A DNA stretch of 64,000 nt from an uncultured Nitrospiraceae bacterium (GCA_963705105.1 CAVPIW010000004.1:1-64000), one strand, 5' to 3'; counted from the stretch's first letter, positions 35,413-46,802 are shown. Program-made: numbers and translations. Notes: generated from the sequence alone by a model not told the origin.

Positions 35413-35414
35413 CA

Positions 35415-36296
35415 TTGGGCATCTCGAGCTATCTCCAGTTTCTCATATCCGGTTTGACCGTGGGCAGTACCTACGGGCTCACTGCCCTCGGTTTCACCAT
35501 CATCTTCAACACGACGGGTATCATCAACTTTGCGCAGGGCGAGTTCGTCATGCTCGGCGGCATGCTGAGCGTCTTCTTCCTCACCGTTCTCGACGCAGGC
35601 GTGTTCGTCTCCGTCCTTTTGTCCATCGCGGCGACGACCCTCGTCGGCGTCGCCATCGAGCGTTTCACGATCAGGCCGATCAGGGAGTCATCGGTTATCA
35701 ACTACATCATCGTCACCATCGGCGTCTCCATCCTCATCCGCGGCATCACCATGATCCTCCTCGGCAAGGACACCTTTGCGCTCCCCCACTTTTCAGGGAG
35801 CGAGCCCATCGCCGTGCTCGGCGCGTCCGTGTCTCCCCAGAGCCTCTGGATATTCGTCATCACGATTCTTCTCCTTCTGCTCCTGCGGTTCTTCTTTACG
35901 AAAACACTGTACGGCAAGGGCATGCTCGCCTGTTCCTACGACCGTAAGGCGGCGTACCTGGTGGGCATCGACGTCAGGAGAATGGTGCTCCTGTCTTTCA
36001 TGATATCGGGCCTCGTGGGCGCCATCGGCGGCGCCATCCTCGCCCCTCTCACCATGACGTCCTTCGACGTGGGCATCATGCTCGGCCTCAAGGGTTTTGC
36101 GGCCTGCATTCTCGGCGGCCTCGGCAACCCCTTCGGCGCCGCGGCAGGGGGGCTCATCCTCGGCGTGCTCGAATCCTTCGGGGCCGGCGTCATTTCGTCG
36201 GCCTACAAGGACGCCATCGCTTTCCTGATCATCCTGCTGCTGCTGTTCCTGAAACCGACGGGCCTCTTCGGCCAGGCAAAGATCGAGAGGGTCTGA
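35415..36296 (+). CDS. livH: LIV-type ABC permease (LivH-like)
   Basis: GFTIIFNTTGIINFAQGEFVM; KGFAACILGGLG; KPTGLFG. Confidence 0.9.
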   Translation: MGISSYLQFLISGLTVGSTYGLTALGFTIIFNTTGIINFAQGEFVMLGGMLSVFFLTVLDAGVFVSVLLSIAATTLVGVAIERFTIRPIRESSVINYIIVTIGVSILIRGITMILLGKDTFALPHFSGSEPIAVLGASVSPQSLWIFVITILLLLLLRFFFTKTLYGKGMLACSYDRKAAYLVGIDVRRMVLLSFMISGLVGAIGGAILAPLTMTSFDVGIMLGLKGFAACILGGLGNPFGAAAGGLILGVLESFGAGVISSAYKDAIAFLIILLLLFLKPTGLFGQAKIERV

Positions 36297-36297
36297 G

Positions 36298-37248
36298 ATG
36301 GAGACCTTCAGAAGGGACCTCATCGCCGCGTCGGCGTTCTATGCCGTCCTCCTCGCCCTGCCTCTGCTTCTGACGAACGATTATTATCTCAACACGCTGA
36401 CGCTCTCCTGCATCCACGCGATCATCACCGTGGGGCTCAATCTCCTCATGGGGTATGCGGGGCAGGTGTCGCTCGGACACGGGGCGTTCTACGGGCTCGG
36501 CGCCTACACGACGGCGATCATGACGACGACCTACGGCCTGCCCATCCCCGCCGGGATGCTCATAGCCCTGGGGCTCGTGGCGGTCGTCGCCTACCTCATC
36601 GGCATCCCGACGCTGAAGCTCAAGGGGCATTACCTGGCCATGGCGACGCTCGGATTCGGCATCATCGTCTATATCATATTCAACGAAACCATCGATCTCT
36701 CCGGCGGGCCCTCGGGATTCGTGGGCATTCCGCGCCTCTCCCTCGCGGGATACACCTTCGAGTCCGACAGCTCCTATTACTACCTCGTCTCATCGGTCCT
36801 CGCCGTGGTCATCCTCCTTTCGCTGAACCTGATCCATTCCCGTTTCGGCAGGGCCCTCAGGGCCATCCACACAAGCGAGAGCGCCTCCCAGGTCGTCGGC
36901 ATCAACCTGCACAAGTACAAGGGTTTCATCTTCGTCCTCTCCGCGGTCTATGCGGCAGTGGCGGGCGTGCTCTACGCGCACTTCCTGACCTTCGTCGCCC
37001 CGGCGTCCTTCGGGTTCAACTTCTCCGTGGAGCTCCTGACGATGGTCGTCCTCGGGGGAATGGCGAACATCTGGGGCTCCGTGATCGGCGCCTTCTTCCT
37101 TACCATCCTGCCCGAGTTCCTCCGCCTCTTCGAGAACGTCGAGATCGTCCTGTACGGCGCCATCCTCGTCGTCTGCATGATGTTCCTGCCCTCCGGTCTT
37201 GCCGGCGGGGTGACGCGAGTCCTGAAGGCGCTGAAAGTGCCGCTGTGA
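36298..37248 (+). CDS. livM: LIV-type ABC permease (LivM-like)
   Basis: GLNLLMGYAGQVSLGHGAFYGLGAY; GHYLAMATLGFG. Confidence 0.9.
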   Translation: METFRRDLIAASAFYAVLLALPLLLTNDYYLNTLTLSCIHAIITVGLNLLMGYAGQVSLGHGAFYGLGAYTTAIMTTTYGLPIPAGMLIALGLVAVVAYLIGIPTLKLKGHYLAMATLGFGIIVYIIFNETIDLSGGPSGFVGIPRLSLAGYTFESDSSYYYLVSSVLAVVILLSLNLIHSRFGRALRAIHTSESASQVVGINLHKYKGFIFVLSAVYAAVAGVLYAHFLTFVAPASFGFNFSVELLTMVVLGGMANIWGSVIGAFFLTILPEFLRLFENVEIVLYGAILVVCMMFLPSGLAGGVTRVLKALKVPL

Positions 37249-38072
37249 CCATGAACAGGGAATCAGGGGCCGTCTCAGGGGCGATCGCAGGCGCCTCACC
37301 CTCCGTCGCCGTCCTGGAGTGCGGCGGCATCGGGGTCCGGTTCGGCGGCGTCACGGCCCTGAACAACGTCACCTTCCGGGCGCTGAAAGGGGAGATCACG
37401 GCGATCATCGGTCCCAACGGCGCGGGCAAGACGACGCTTCTGAACGTTATCAGCGGTCTCATCTCCCAGGACGAAGGACGCATCACCTTTCACGGCGCAG
37501 ACATCACCGCGATCAGGCCCCATGAGCGCGGCAGGCGCGGTATCGTCCGCACCTTCCAGAACCTCGAGATCTTCTCCAACATGACCGTCCTCGAGAATGT
37601 GATGACGGGGTGTCACCGCCGCGTCGATTATTCCGTCATCGACTCCCTCCTGAAGACACCGCGGTTCTGGAGGAATGAGCGGCTGTGCAGGGAATATGCC
37701 GAGAACAGGCTGGAGTTCGTCGGCCTCACGGACAAGAAGGACATGCCCGCGGAGGAACTGCCCTTCGGTAACCAGAGGCTCCTCGAGCTGGCCAGGGCCC
37801 TCGGCGCCGACCCCGAGCTGATCCTCCTCGACGAGCCCGCGGCTGGTCTGAACATCAGGGAGACGAGGAGCCTCGGCGCCATCATCGAGCGCATCCGGGG
37901 TGAACTGGGGATTTCGATCATCCTCGTCGAGCACGACATGGACCTCGTCATGCGGATCAGTGACCGGATCACGGTGCTCAATTTCGGAGAGGTCATCGCC
38001 GAGGGGACTCCGATGACGATCCAGAAAAATCCCGACGTCATCGCCGCATATCTCGGGGAAGAGGAAGAGTGA
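37245..38072 (+). CDS. livG: LIV-type ABC ATPase (LivG-like)
   Basis: GPNGAGKTT, RTFQN, LLDEPAAG, VEHDM. Confidence 0.92.
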   Translation: MTMNRESGAVSGAIAGASPSVAVLECGGIGVRFGGVTALNNVTFRALKGEITAIIGPNGAGKTTLLNVISGLISQDEGRITFHGADITAIRPHERGRRGIVRTFQNLEIFSNMTVLENVMTGCHRRVDYSVIDSLLKTPRFWRNERLCREYAENRLEFVGLTDKKDMPAEELPFGNQRLLELARALGADPELILLDEPAAGLNIRETRSLGAIIERIRGELGISIILVEHDMDLVMRISDRITVLNFGEVIAEGTPMTIQKNPDVIAAYLGEEEE

Positions 38073-38082
38073 GGGGGCTGCC

Positions 38083-38817
38083 ATGCTGGTCCTGAAGAAC
38101 GTCGACGTCCATTACGGCAAGATCCACGCCATCAAGCGTGTCTCCCTCCACGTCAACAGCGGCGAGATCGTCGCCCTCATCGGCGGCAACGGGGCCGGCA
38201 AGACGACGCTTCTCTGCACCATTTCGGGCATTACGCGGCCCTCGGGCGGCCAGATCCTCTTCGAGGAAGCGGACATCTCCCGCAACAGCCCCGATGCCAT
38301 CGTCCGCAGGGGCATCTCCCATGTGCCCGAGGGAAGACTCGTCTTCAAGCCCATGAGCGTCGAGGACAACCTGCTCCTTGGGTCATTCCACCGTTATTCC
38401 ATGAAGCAGGGCGCCGTCATCAGGGAAGACATGGAGAGGATCTACTCCATATTTCCCGTGCTGAAGGAGCGGAGAACGCAGCACGCAGGCACCCTTTCGG
38501 GAGGGGAGCAACAGATGCTCGCCATCGGGCGCGCCCTCATGGCGAAGCCGAGGCTCCTGCTGCTCGACGAGCCGAGCATGGGGCTTGCGCCGACGATCAT
38601 CAGGGAGATCTTCAGGTACATCGCTGAACTGAGGGATTCCTACGGGCTGACGGTCCTGCTCGTCGAGCAGAATGCACGCAGCGCCCTCAGGATCGCCAAT
38701 ACGGGCTATGTGCTCGAGATCGGCAGGATCATCCTCCAGGGCCCGGCTGAGGACCTGCTGCAGAACAGGGATGTCCAGCGGGCCTACCTGGGGAGGGACC
38801 TGGAGGCGAGGGTGTGA
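38083..38817 (+). CDS. livF: LIV-type ABC ATPase (LivF-like)
   Basis: GGNGAGKTT, VPEGR, LSGGEQQMLA, LLDEPSMG, VEQN. Confidence 0.92.
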   Translation: MLVLKNVDVHYGKIHAIKRVSLHVNSGEIVALIGGNGAGKTTLLCTISGITRPSGGQILFEEADISRNSPDAIVRRGISHVPEGRLVFKPMSVEDNLLLGSFHRYSMKQGAVIREDMERIYSIFPVLKERRTQHAGTLSGGEQQMLAIGRALMAKPRLLLLDEPSMGLAPTIIREIFRYIAELRDSYGLTVLLVEQNARSALRIANTGYVLEIGRIILQGPAEDLLQNRDVQRAYLGRDLEARV

Positions 38818-38819
38818 AA

Positions 38820-39040
38820 GGCAGTAGACAGTAGTCAGTAGACAGTAGACAAAAAAAGTTACGGGTTGCGAGTTGCGGGTAAGACAGTAGCGAGGACTCA
38901 GGGTCAAAGAATAGTTCCGAGGACTCAGGACTGAGGACTCAGTTGAGGGTGCGGGTTGCGGGAAAGACAGTAACGAAGACTCAGGGTCAAAGAATAGTTC
39001 CGAGGACTCAGGACTGAGGACTCAGTTACGGGTTGCGGGA
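38820..39040. repeat. Heptamer-repeat mosaic containing an ~82-bp tandem duplication
   Basis: CAGTAGA, CGGGTTG, AGGACTC units; AAGACAGTA..CAAAGAATAGTTCCGAGGACTCAGGACTGAGGACTCAGTT at 38881 and 38963. Confidence 0.8.
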
Positions 39041-39111
39041 TGAGACCAGCAGGACCTTGAAAACGAGGACAGGGTGTGGTTTCTGAAGCATAATTCACTA
39101 TTGTCATGCAC

Positions 39112-39284
39112 GAAAAGACGGGGCAAAACGCCTCAAAGCCTCGCTGATAGCGAGCATGATTGTTTATTATTGGTGTATCAGAAATTCATTCGACCTGTCA
39201 TCGATCGTTGGTCTGCAATGGTCTGTACGGGAAGGCAGAGGTTTCGCAGCACCGATGCTTTTCGGCGCATTCGCCCCGTCTTTC
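39112..39284 (-). mobile_element. MITE-like element, divergent subfamily
   Basis: Imperfect terminal inverted repeats AAAGACGGGGCAAAACGCCTCAAAG / TTTTCGGCGCATTCGCCCCGTCTTT. Confidence 0.6.
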
Positions 39285-39369
39285 CTGAGATCTCATCGCG
39301 GTGATAAAGGTTTATTTTGCGAAGAAAGTATGCCCTGTCCTCGTGTCGGATTATGTTGAACCGTATCAG

Positions 39370-39548
39370 GAAAGGCGGGGTGTATGCGCCGAAAACCTTG
39401 CTGCGGCGACACCTGTATCAAAAGGGCAGACGAACTATACGCCAATGGTCGATGACACAAAGAGTGGAAGCCTGAAACACGAAGCTGACAATGCGTATCG
39501 TCGCCTTCAGCAAGGCTTTGAGGCGCTTCGCCCCGCCTTTTTATACAA
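39370..39548 (+). mobile_element. MITE-like element (~180 bp)
   Basis: ~40-bp imperfect TIRs; homologous to 52815-52995 and 56563-56743. Confidence 0.65.
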
Positions 39549-39582
39549 TTAAGGGTTGAACACTGACATAACGGAGGGATCC

Positions 39583-40881
39583 ATGTATTGGGAAGCTGAC
39601 AAGGAGTGCATGAAGCGGGACGAGATCGGGCAGCTTCAGCTCGAGCGCCTGCAGTCGACGCTGTACCGGGTGTACATGAATGTCCCCTTCTATCGGAAAA
39701 AATTCGACGAACTCTCCATCGATCCGGACGGCGTCCACTCACTCGATGACCTCCGCAAGCTGCCCTTCACGACAAAGGACGACCTGAGGGACAACTATCC
39801 CTACGACCTCTTTGCCGTCCCCCTCAGGGAAGTCGTCCGGCTCCAGGCGTCGTCGGGCACGACGGGGATGCCGACCGTCGTCGGATACACGAAGAACGAC
39901 GTTAAGAACTGGTCGAACCTCGCCGCCCGGGTCCTCATGGCCGGGGGTATCACCCAGACCGACATCGTGCAGATCGCCTTCGACTACGGCCTCTTCACGG
40001 GCGCCCTCGGACTCCACTACGGCGCAGAGCGCATCGGGGCGTCGGTCATCCCCACGTCAAGGGGAAACACGAAGCGCCAGGTGAAGATCATGAAGGACTT
40101 CAGAACGACGGCCCTCGTCTGCACGCCCAGCTACGCCCTGCTGATCGCCGACACGATCAGCGAGATGGGCCTAAGCATCAGTTCACTCTCCCTGAAATAC
40201 GGCCTCTTCGGGTCCGAGCCCTGGTCCGAGGCGATTCGGCAGGACATCCAGGACAAGCTTAAAATCATCGCGACGGACAATTACGGACTCAGCGAGGTCA
40301 TGGGACCGGGCGTCGCCGGCGAATGCATGGAGCGCAACGGCCTGCACATCAACGAGGACCACTTTCTCGTCGAGGTCGTCGACCCCACCACGCTCGAGCC
40401 GGTGAAACCCGGCGAAGAGGGCGAGCTCGTCATCACGACGCTGACGAAAGAGGCCTTTCCGGTCGTCCGGTTTCGTACGAGGGACCTGACGAGAATCCTG
40501 CCGGACCCATGCCCCTGTGGCCGCACCTTCCGCAGGATGAACAGGATCGTCGGCCGGACGGACGACATGCTCATCATCTCCGGGGTGAATGTCTTCCCCT
40601 CGCAGATCGAGTCGGTCCTCTGCGAATTCGAGGGCACGGAGCCCCATTACCAGATCGTCATCGAACGGAAGGGCGGCGTCGACGAAATGACAGTGCTCGT
40701 CGAGGTCTCGGAATCGATCTTCTTCGACGCGATGAAAAAACAGCGCGACTTCGTCGAGAGGATCAGGAAGAGGCTGGCCCAGGAGCTGGGCATCACCGTC
40801 GAGGTGAAACCGGTTGAACAGAAGAGCCTGGAGCGCTTCGAGGGGAAAGCGAAAAGGGTGATCGACAGGAGGACGTTCTGA
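39583..40881 (+). CDS. paaK: Phenylacetate-CoA ligase
   Basis: [62 protein letters not shown]. Confidence 0.93.
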   Translation: MYWEADKECMKRDEIGQLQLERLQSTLYRVYMNVPFYRKKFDELSIDPDGVHSLDDLRKLPFTTKDDLRDNYPYDLFAVPLREVVRLQASSGTTGMPTVVGYTKNDVKNWSNLAARVLMAGGITQTDIVQIAFDYGLFTGALGLHYGAERIGASVIPTSRGNTKRQVKIMKDFRTTALVCTPSYALLIADTISEMGLSISSLSLKYGLFGSEPWSEAIRQDIQDKLKIIATDNYGLSEVMGPGVAGECMERNGLHINEDHFLVEVVDPTTLEPVKPGEEGELVITTLTKEAFPVVRFRTRDLTRILPDPCPCGRTFRRMNRIVGRTDDMLIISGVNVFPSQIESVLCEFEGTEPHYQIVIERKGGVDEMTVLVEVSESIFFDAMKKQRDFVERIRKRLAQELGITVEVKPVEQKSLERFEGKAKRVIDRRTF

Positions 40882-42671
40882 AAAAGAGAGCATATCAACA
40901 GACGGGGTGGGCACTGGAAGACCTGCTGGCCGGGTCTGCCGGAGAATTGCTGGAAGGTGCGCTCGAGGACCTGGAGGCGGCGGTCCGTTCAATCGAGGAC
41001 TTCCGTCCCTCTCTCTCGCCCGATATGTCAGGAGAGGCTTTCAGCGCCGTCGTGAGGGCGATCGAGACCTTCGCGGAGAAGGCCCACCGGCTCGGCGGCT
41101 ACGCCCAGTTGTGGTTCTCCGAGGACACCCGCAACCAGGACGCCCTCGCCTTCCTCGGCAGGGTCGAGCAGGCGCTCATGGAGGCACAGAACAGGATCCT
41201 CTATTTCAGCCTCTGGTGGAAAGGCATCGACGACGGACCCGCCGAACGGCTCGAACCCTATGCCGGCGACGGCGCCTATTATCTGCGGCAGGCGAGGCTC
41301 TTCCGCAAGCATACCCTTTCGGAACCTGAAGAGCGGGTGATCAATCTCAAGGATGTCAACGGCATCAACGCCCTCGTAAAGATATACGACATGATCACCA
41401 ACGCCTTTACGTTCGAGATCACCGATGAGGGAGAGACGAAGAAGCTCAGCAGGGACGGGCTGATGGTCTATGCGCGCCACCCCTCGCCGGACATGCGCGA
41501 GGCGGCGTACAGGGAGCTCTACCGCGTCTACGGCGGAGAAGCCCCCGTGCTGTCGCAGATCTACACGCACCGCGTCCTGGACTGGATGAGCGAGAACATC
41601 AACCTCCGCCATATCTCTTCTCCCATCGCGGTGAGGAACCTGTCGAACGACATCCCCGATGCGGTGACGGACACGCTGCTCGATGTCTGCATCGAGCGGG
41701 CGCCCGTCTTCCACCGCTTTTTCCGGCTCAAGGCTGACATGCTCGGCATGGCCGGCGGCAGGCTGCGCCGATACGACCTCTACGCCCCCCTCCGGCGCCG
41801 TCAGGAAAGGACGATCCCCTTCACCGACGCGGCGGACCTGGTGCTCGGGAGTTTTCATGACTTCTCGCCCGTCATGGCGGACCTTGCACGGAAAATTTTT
41901 GACGACCGCCACATCGATTCTGAGATACGGCCGAACAAGAGGGGCGGCGCCTTCTGTTTCGGTGTCCTGCCGGGCCTGTCTCCGTGGGTGCTCATGAACT
42001 ACACCGGCGAGCCCCGGCAGGTGGCGACGCTTGCGCATGAACTGGGCCACGGCATCCACGCCCTGCTTGCGGCTGACCACTCGATCCTCACCTTCCACTC
42101 GACGCTCCCCCTGGCAGAGACCGCGTCGGTCTTTTCGGAAATGCTCCTGACGGACCGGATCCTGACGCAGGAAGGTGATCCCGCCGTCCGCCGCGCTCTC
42201 CTGGCCGAGGCGATCGACGACATCTACGCCACGGTGCTCCGCCAGGCCTTTTTCGTCATCTTCGAACGGGAGGCCCATCGCATCATCCCGTCAGGCACGA
42301 CGACGGACGATCTCAGCAACGCCTATCTCGCCAATCTGCGCCTCCAGTTCGGGGACTCCGTGGAGGTGAGCGACGATTTTCAGCACGAATGGCTCTCGAT
42401 TCCCCATATCTATCACACGCCGTTCTACTGCTATGCATACAGCTTCGGCCAGCTCCTCTCCCTTTCCCTCTACCAGAGATACAGGGACCAGGGGAAAGAT
42501 TTCGTCCCCGCCTTCCTCACCATCCTCGCCCACGGCGGCTCGGCAAGCCCCGACAGTATCCTCCGGGAGGCAGGCATCGACATGGCCGACCCTGAGTTCT
42601 GGCGCGGCGGATTCAGGGTCATCGGGGGGATGATCGACGAACTGGAGAGGTCGCAGACGGCAAGCGGATAA
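40878..42671 (+). CDS. pepF: Oligoendopeptidase F (M3B); probable CTG start overlapping the paaK stop
   Basis: [17 protein letters not shown] (HExxH), [24 protein letters not shown]; the frame extends to a CTGA overlap after AGGAGG. Confidence 0.9.
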   Translation: MKKRAYQQTGWALEDLLAGSAGELLEGALEDLEAAVRSIEDFRPSLSPDMSGEAFSAVVRAIETFAEKAHRLGGYAQLWFSEDTRNQDALAFLGRVEQALMEAQNRILYFSLWWKGIDDGPAERLEPYAGDGAYYLRQARLFRKHTLSEPEERVINLKDVNGINALVKIYDMITNAFTFEITDEGETKKLSRDGLMVYARHPSPDMREAAYRELYRVYGGEAPVLSQIYTHRVLDWMSENINLRHISSPIAVRNLSNDIPDAVTDTLLDVCIERAPVFHRFFRLKADMLGMAGGRLRRYDLYAPLRRRQERTIPFTDAADLVLGSFHDFSPVMADLARKIFDDRHIDSEIRPNKRGGAFCFGVLPGLSPWVLMNYTGEPRQVATLAHELGHGIHALLAADHSILTFHSTLPLAETASVFSEMLLTDRILTQEGDPAVRRALLAEAIDDIYATVLRQAFFVIFEREAHRIIPSGTTTDDLSNAYLANLRLQFGDSVEVSDDFQHEWLSIPHIYHTPFYCYAYSFGQLLSLSLYQRYRDQGKDFVPAFLTILAHGGSASPDSILREAGIDMADPEFWRGGFRVIGGMIDELERSQTASG

Positions 42672-42757
42672 CGGATAGCGGCGGCAAGGCGTCCTTGTAA
42701 TCTTTTTCCTCAACCAGATATCATATTGCTATCACTTATGGCTCAAGGAGACATGCG

Positions 42758-42991
42758 ATGGCTCAGTTACTTGTGAGGGGCCTTGAACCCGGAACGATCG
42801 ACCGTCTTAAAGAGCGGGCAAAACAGCATAACCGTTCGCTGCAGGGTGAAGTGAAACGCATTCTCGAAGAAGCGGCGCACCAAATGACGATGGAGGAATT
42901 CAAGACCAGGGCAAGAACCATACGGAAAAGCTTCGGAGACAGAACATTGTCGGACAGCACGGGGCTTATCCGTGAGGACAGAGACCGTTGA
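42758..42991 (+). CDS. FitA/Arc-like ribbon-helix-helix antitoxin
   Basis: MAQLLVRGLE..RLKERAKQHNRSLQGEVKRILE..DSTGLIREDRDR; overlaps the toxin start. Confidence 0.88.
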   Translation: MAQLLVRGLEPGTIDRLKERAKQHNRSLQGEVKRILEEAAHQMTMEEFKTRARTIRKSFGDRTLSDSTGLIREDRDR

Positions 42992-43410
42992 AGAGATATG
43001 TTGTCGACGCAAGCGTCGTCATACAGTGGTATTTACCCGAACAGTACAGTGAACACTCGGAACGTTTGCTCTCTCCTTCAATAGAACTCCTCTGTCCGGA
43101 CCTGCTAATCTCGGAAATCGGAAACACGCTATGGAAACACGTCAGAAGGTCTGAATGTTCCTACGACGAGGCGCTTGCCATTCTGGACGAGATAGAGTCC
43201 CCCTTTTTGCGCGTGTGGAGTGCGGCTTTGCTTGCAGGGGAAGCGCTCGATATAGCATGCAGAATGAACCGTACATTTTACGACAGTGTTTACATCGCCC
43301 TCGCTGTAAAGACTGATTGCCCGATGGTCACCGCGGATCTCAAGCTCTATAATGCGATGAAAGTAACCCCTCTGGGGAATCATGTCGCATGGGTAGGGGA
43401 TATTCCGTGA
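42988..43410 (+). CDS. vapC: VapC-family PIN toxin
   Basis: YVVDASV, EIGN, TFYDSVYIALA, VTAD. Confidence 0.9.
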   Translation: MKRYVVDASVVIQWYLPEQYSEHSERLLSPSIELLCPDLLISEIGNTLWKHVRRSECSYDEALAILDEIESPFLRVWSAALLAGEALDIACRMNRTFYDSVYIALAVKTDCPMVTADLKLYNAMKVTPLGNHVAWVGDIP

Positions 43411-44914
43411 CCGCTCGCGACAAGCTCTATCAGCTCATCATTTCGCGCCTCGACGGGGACCGGATCGTCTTTCCGGAATACAGGAACGAGTATCCTGGAT
43501 CTCGTCCGCAAAGGGATCGGCGGGTTTCATCGTTTTCGGGGGTGAGAGGACAGAGGTGAGGGATTTCATCGGCGCCCTCCAGGAAATGTCCGCCCATCCC
43601 CTCTTCATCGCCTCCGACGTCGAGCGCGGCGTCGGGCAGCAGATAGCGGGAACGACGGTCTTTCCCTCCCAGATGGCCCTTGCTGCTGCCGTTGACAGAG
43701 ACCGGCAGGACCGGGTCTCACTTCTCCGCGATACCTTCCGGGTAATCGCCGCCGAGGCGGTCGACATGGGGATCACGATGCCCTTCATCCCCGTCCTCGA
43801 CGTCAACAGCAACGCCGACAACCCCATCATCTGCAACCGCGCCTTCTCCGACCGCCCCGACGTGGTATCATGGTTCGGAGCCGAATGCATCAGGGTCCTC
43901 GAAGAGGCGGGGCTCATGAGCTGCGCCAAACATTTCCCGGGACACGGCGACACGGCCGTCGACTCCCACATCGACCTCCCCGTCATCACGAGGTCAAGGG
44001 ACGACCTTCACCGTTGTGATCTCCTTCCTTTCGCTGAGGCAATCCGGGCGGGAGTCAGCTCCGTCATGATGGGGCATCTCTGCGTAAGGGCATACGACGA
44101 CATGCCGGCGACCCTCTCACGGACGGTCGTCACAGGCTTGCTCAGGGAGGAGCTGGGCTTCGGCGGCCTGATCCTCACCGATGCCCTCAACATGGCCGCC
44201 CTGAAAACCTTTGGAAACGTTGCGGCGGCATCTGTCAACGCCGGCTGCGACATCCTCCTCCACCCCGCTGATGCCGATCAGACCGTCGATGAGCTCGTCG
44301 GGTCATTAAAGTCCGGTGCGCTGAGCAGCGAGTGCCTTGCCGAAGCGATCGGGAGAGTCGGGAAGTTCAGGGTTAAGAACAGGCCGCCGGGGGATGGGAT
44401 GGTCTCTTTCGACGAGCACCGCCGCCTCGCCGCTGTCCTGTCGGAACGCTCCGTCACCCTCGTCAAGGCAAAAGAGGGCATGCTGCCGCTGAGAAACGCC
44501 GACGGAATTCGCCTCTTTCGCGGAGGAGACGACTCTGTCGAACTGCATCCCCTGTTCAGGGAACGCTTCGGGGTTGTGTCGGCGGTGACGGACCCTGTTA
44601 GGGAGCGAGCCGGCCTGTCCGTTGTCCTGATCTTCGCCACCGCGGCGGCATGGAGGGGAACGTCAGGCATCGCCGGCCCCGAGCTTCAGGTGATACGGAA
44701 CATTGTCGCCCGCTCGGACAGGTCCGTCGTCGTCTCCCTCGGCTGCCCCTATGTCCTGCGCTACTTCCCCGAAGCCGACGCCCTTATCGCCGTCTACGAC
44801 AGCTCCGCCATGACCCAGGAGGCCCTGTTCCGCTGCCTCACCGGTGAGATACCCTTTGCCGGAAGACTGCCGGTAAGGATCAATGGTGTCCAAAATAACG
44901 TGACACGAAGATAG
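43407..44914 (+). CDS. Glycoside hydrolase family 3 (NagZ-like beta-N-acetylhexosaminidase); two +1 frameshifts near the 5' end
   Basis: ASDVERG, CAKHFPGHGDTAVDSH, VMMGH, LTDALNM. N-terminus MTARDKLYQLIISRLDG..ILDLVRKGIGGFIVFGG is recovered only by removing bases near 43491 and 43523. Confidence 0.82.
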
Positions 44915-45303
44915 GGCATGATTTCTTCGCATAATAAACCCTTCTCACCGCAAATTCCTGACCATACAAACAAGAAAAGGCCCATCCTCGCGCCAAGACG
45001 CCAAGGTCGCCAAGAACGGCAAATGCACAATTGCATAAAATCTTTTTTTAGGATGAAGGTTTGTATCTTTCTTTGCGCTCTTTGCGGCTTTGCGTGAGAA
45101 TACACAATCATGCTCGCTATCAGCGAGGCTTTGAGGCGTTTTGTACCGTCTTTTCGTTCAAGGCAACCGTGAATTTTGCTTCAGAAACCACACCCCATCC
45201 TCGTTTTCCAGGTCTCGCTGCAAAATATTTTGGACAGGGGTGGGTAAGGATAATCAATTAACCCTGCAGTTGTATAAAAAGGGGGGGCGCCTTGTTGGCA
45301 GCC

Positions 45304-45639
45304 CTACAGCTTTTGGTTTATGAGTCTTCGCAACAGGACGTCCTCAACGCTTCGCCTTGAATCAATGACGGAGAGCACGTACACGTCTCTATTCGAGACC
45401 CGGTAGATGATTCTCCAGGGCCCCGCTATGAGTTCATGATACTGAGTGATCCCCTGTTCCTGAAGTTCGGAAACAACCCGGCCTCTTTCGGGAAATGAGC
45501 GAAGGCTTGCGGCCTTTTTCTTGATCTCCTTGAAAACCTCGTAAGCGCGCGAAGGGCTATCGTCAGCGATGTATTGCACGATAGCGAGAAGATCCTTTTC
45601 GGCCGTTTCCGACCATTTGACAGAGTGGCGTTGCGTCAT
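45304..45639 (-). CDS. RelE/ParE-family toxin
   Basis: VKWSETAEKDL..YIADDSP..FPERGRVV..PWRIIYRV..VIDSRR. Confidence 0.88.
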   Translation of the reverse strand: MTQRHSVKWSETAEKDLLAIVQYIADDSPSRAYEVFKEIKKKAASLRSFPERGRVVSELQEQGITQYHELIAGPWRIIYRVSNRDVYVLSVIDSRRSVEDVLLRRLINQKL

Positions 45640-45917
45640 TTCACTCTTTCTTTCAGCAGCTTTTCGATGTTTGCGAAAACCTCTTCCTGGGGTTTTAGAT
45701 TTCCCTCTCTAATGTCTTGTTCTCCCTGCGAGATCATTTTTAGTATGCCAATAGCATTTCGCATGTTCTGATAACTTTCGGGGTCCTGGAGTACTGCTCT
45801 GGGTTCTCCGTTCTGTGTGATGATGACCGGACGATGAGTCTCATTAATCTGCTTCAGCAAGTCGGGCGCCTTTGACTTCAAATATGTAATAGGTTTAATG
45901 TCCTTCGAGATATTCAT
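45636..45917 (-). CDS. Phd/YefM-family antitoxin
   Basis: DIKPITYLK..RPVIITQNGEPRAVLQD. Confidence 0.9.
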   Translation of the reverse strand: MNISKDIKPITYLKSKAPDLLKQINETHRPVIITQNGEPRAVLQDPESYQNMRNAIGILKMISQGEQDIREGNLKPQEEVFANIEKLLKERVK

Positions 45918-45929
45918 TCTTCACCTCCG

Positions 45930-45965
45930 GTCTTATTATGGCACCATATAAAGACTGCTTGTCAA
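45930..45965 (-). promoter_or_regulatory. TA promoter with an overlapping operator palindrome
   Basis: TTGACA, extended -10 TGcCATAAT, imperfect inverted repeat GTCTTTATATGG/CCATAATAAGAC. Confidence 0.55.
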
Positions 45966-46230
45966 GCCCGACATTCTTCTTGCACTGCCAATCGCGGCGG
46001 TAAGAGGCCATAGCTCACGGTTCCCAAGGGTCGCCTCAAATCTGCGGCTCGCCGATTCCCCGATGCCGAAATGCCCGCCAATTTCACGCAAAGACATCTC
46101 CCCACATTCAGGTAAATTAAATACAGACTTTCTTCGCCTGATCAGGTTGCCTCTGAAACTCCCACCCGACCTCCCCCATGATGCCTTCCGGCGGATACCC
46201 CATGGTGCCTTTCACGGAGACCTCCCTGGT

Positions 46231-46288
46231 GTCTATCCCAATAGTTCAGCGGCGGCAGCATGCTTCCCGCTGAAACGATTTATTCGAA
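46231..46288 (-). mobile_element. Degenerate attC-like site (58 bp)
   Basis: TTCGAAT-AAATC-GTTTCAGCGG...CCGCTGAAC-TATTGG-GATAGAC, 5 nt after the toxin stop. Confidence 0.55.
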
Positions 46289-46293
46289 GCGCT

Positions 46294-46590
46294 TTAAATT
46301 CTTTGTTGCCAGCTTTGGGGATTACGCTTGGCATGGAATAATGCGAGAATAACCACGGTGTCTGATTCAACCAAGAAAAAAGCTTCATAGGGGAACCTTC
46401 GCGTGAGCCCGCGACGGACAGTCTTATGAACGACGGGATACATGAGTGGATTACGAAGAATCGAATTAAAAAGACCATCCACCGCCCGGATGAAATCTAA
46501 TCCAAGCCCCGCGGTGCGGGATTCGTACCAATCGAACGCCTGGGCTAAGTCAGCTTGCGCCTCCGGACGAACGACAAGCTCTCGACTCAT
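46294..46590 (-). CDS. RelE/ParE-family toxin
   Basis: VRPEAQADLAQAFDWYE..GLGLDF..RRFPY..ALFHAKRNP..W. Confidence 0.88.
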   Translation of the reverse strand: MSRELVVRPEAQADLAQAFDWYESRTAGLGLDFIRAVDGLFNSILRNPLMYPVVHKTVRRGLTRRFPYEAFFLVESDTVVILALFHAKRNPQSWQQRI

Positions 46591-46802
46591 GCTCGGCTCT
46601 TAAACCGCTCACGCACAACAGACCATGGCGAACCGGCATTCGGATCCCTGTGATAAGCATCGAGTCGTCGGTCAAGTTCGGCTCTCTGCTCATCCGTCAG
46701 AGGGACAGAGTCGGGCACTTCCGCAATGCTGTCCCAAATATCCTGAACAAGTTGAATCCGCTCAGAAACGCTAAGATTAAGGATATCTGCCTTTCCTATC
46801 AT
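46587..46802 (-). CDS. Addiction-module antitoxin component
   Basis: LSVSERIQLVQDIWDSI..QRAELDRRL..PWSVV. Confidence 0.88.
   Translation of the reverse strand: MIGKADILNLSVSERIQLVQDIWDSIAEVPDSVPLTDEQRAELDRRLDAYHRDPNAGSPWSVVRERFKSRA

Noticed and set aside
38881..39027. Possible mini-CRISPR
   Set aside because: Only two ~82-bp units made of heptamer blocks; no repeat-spacer structure.
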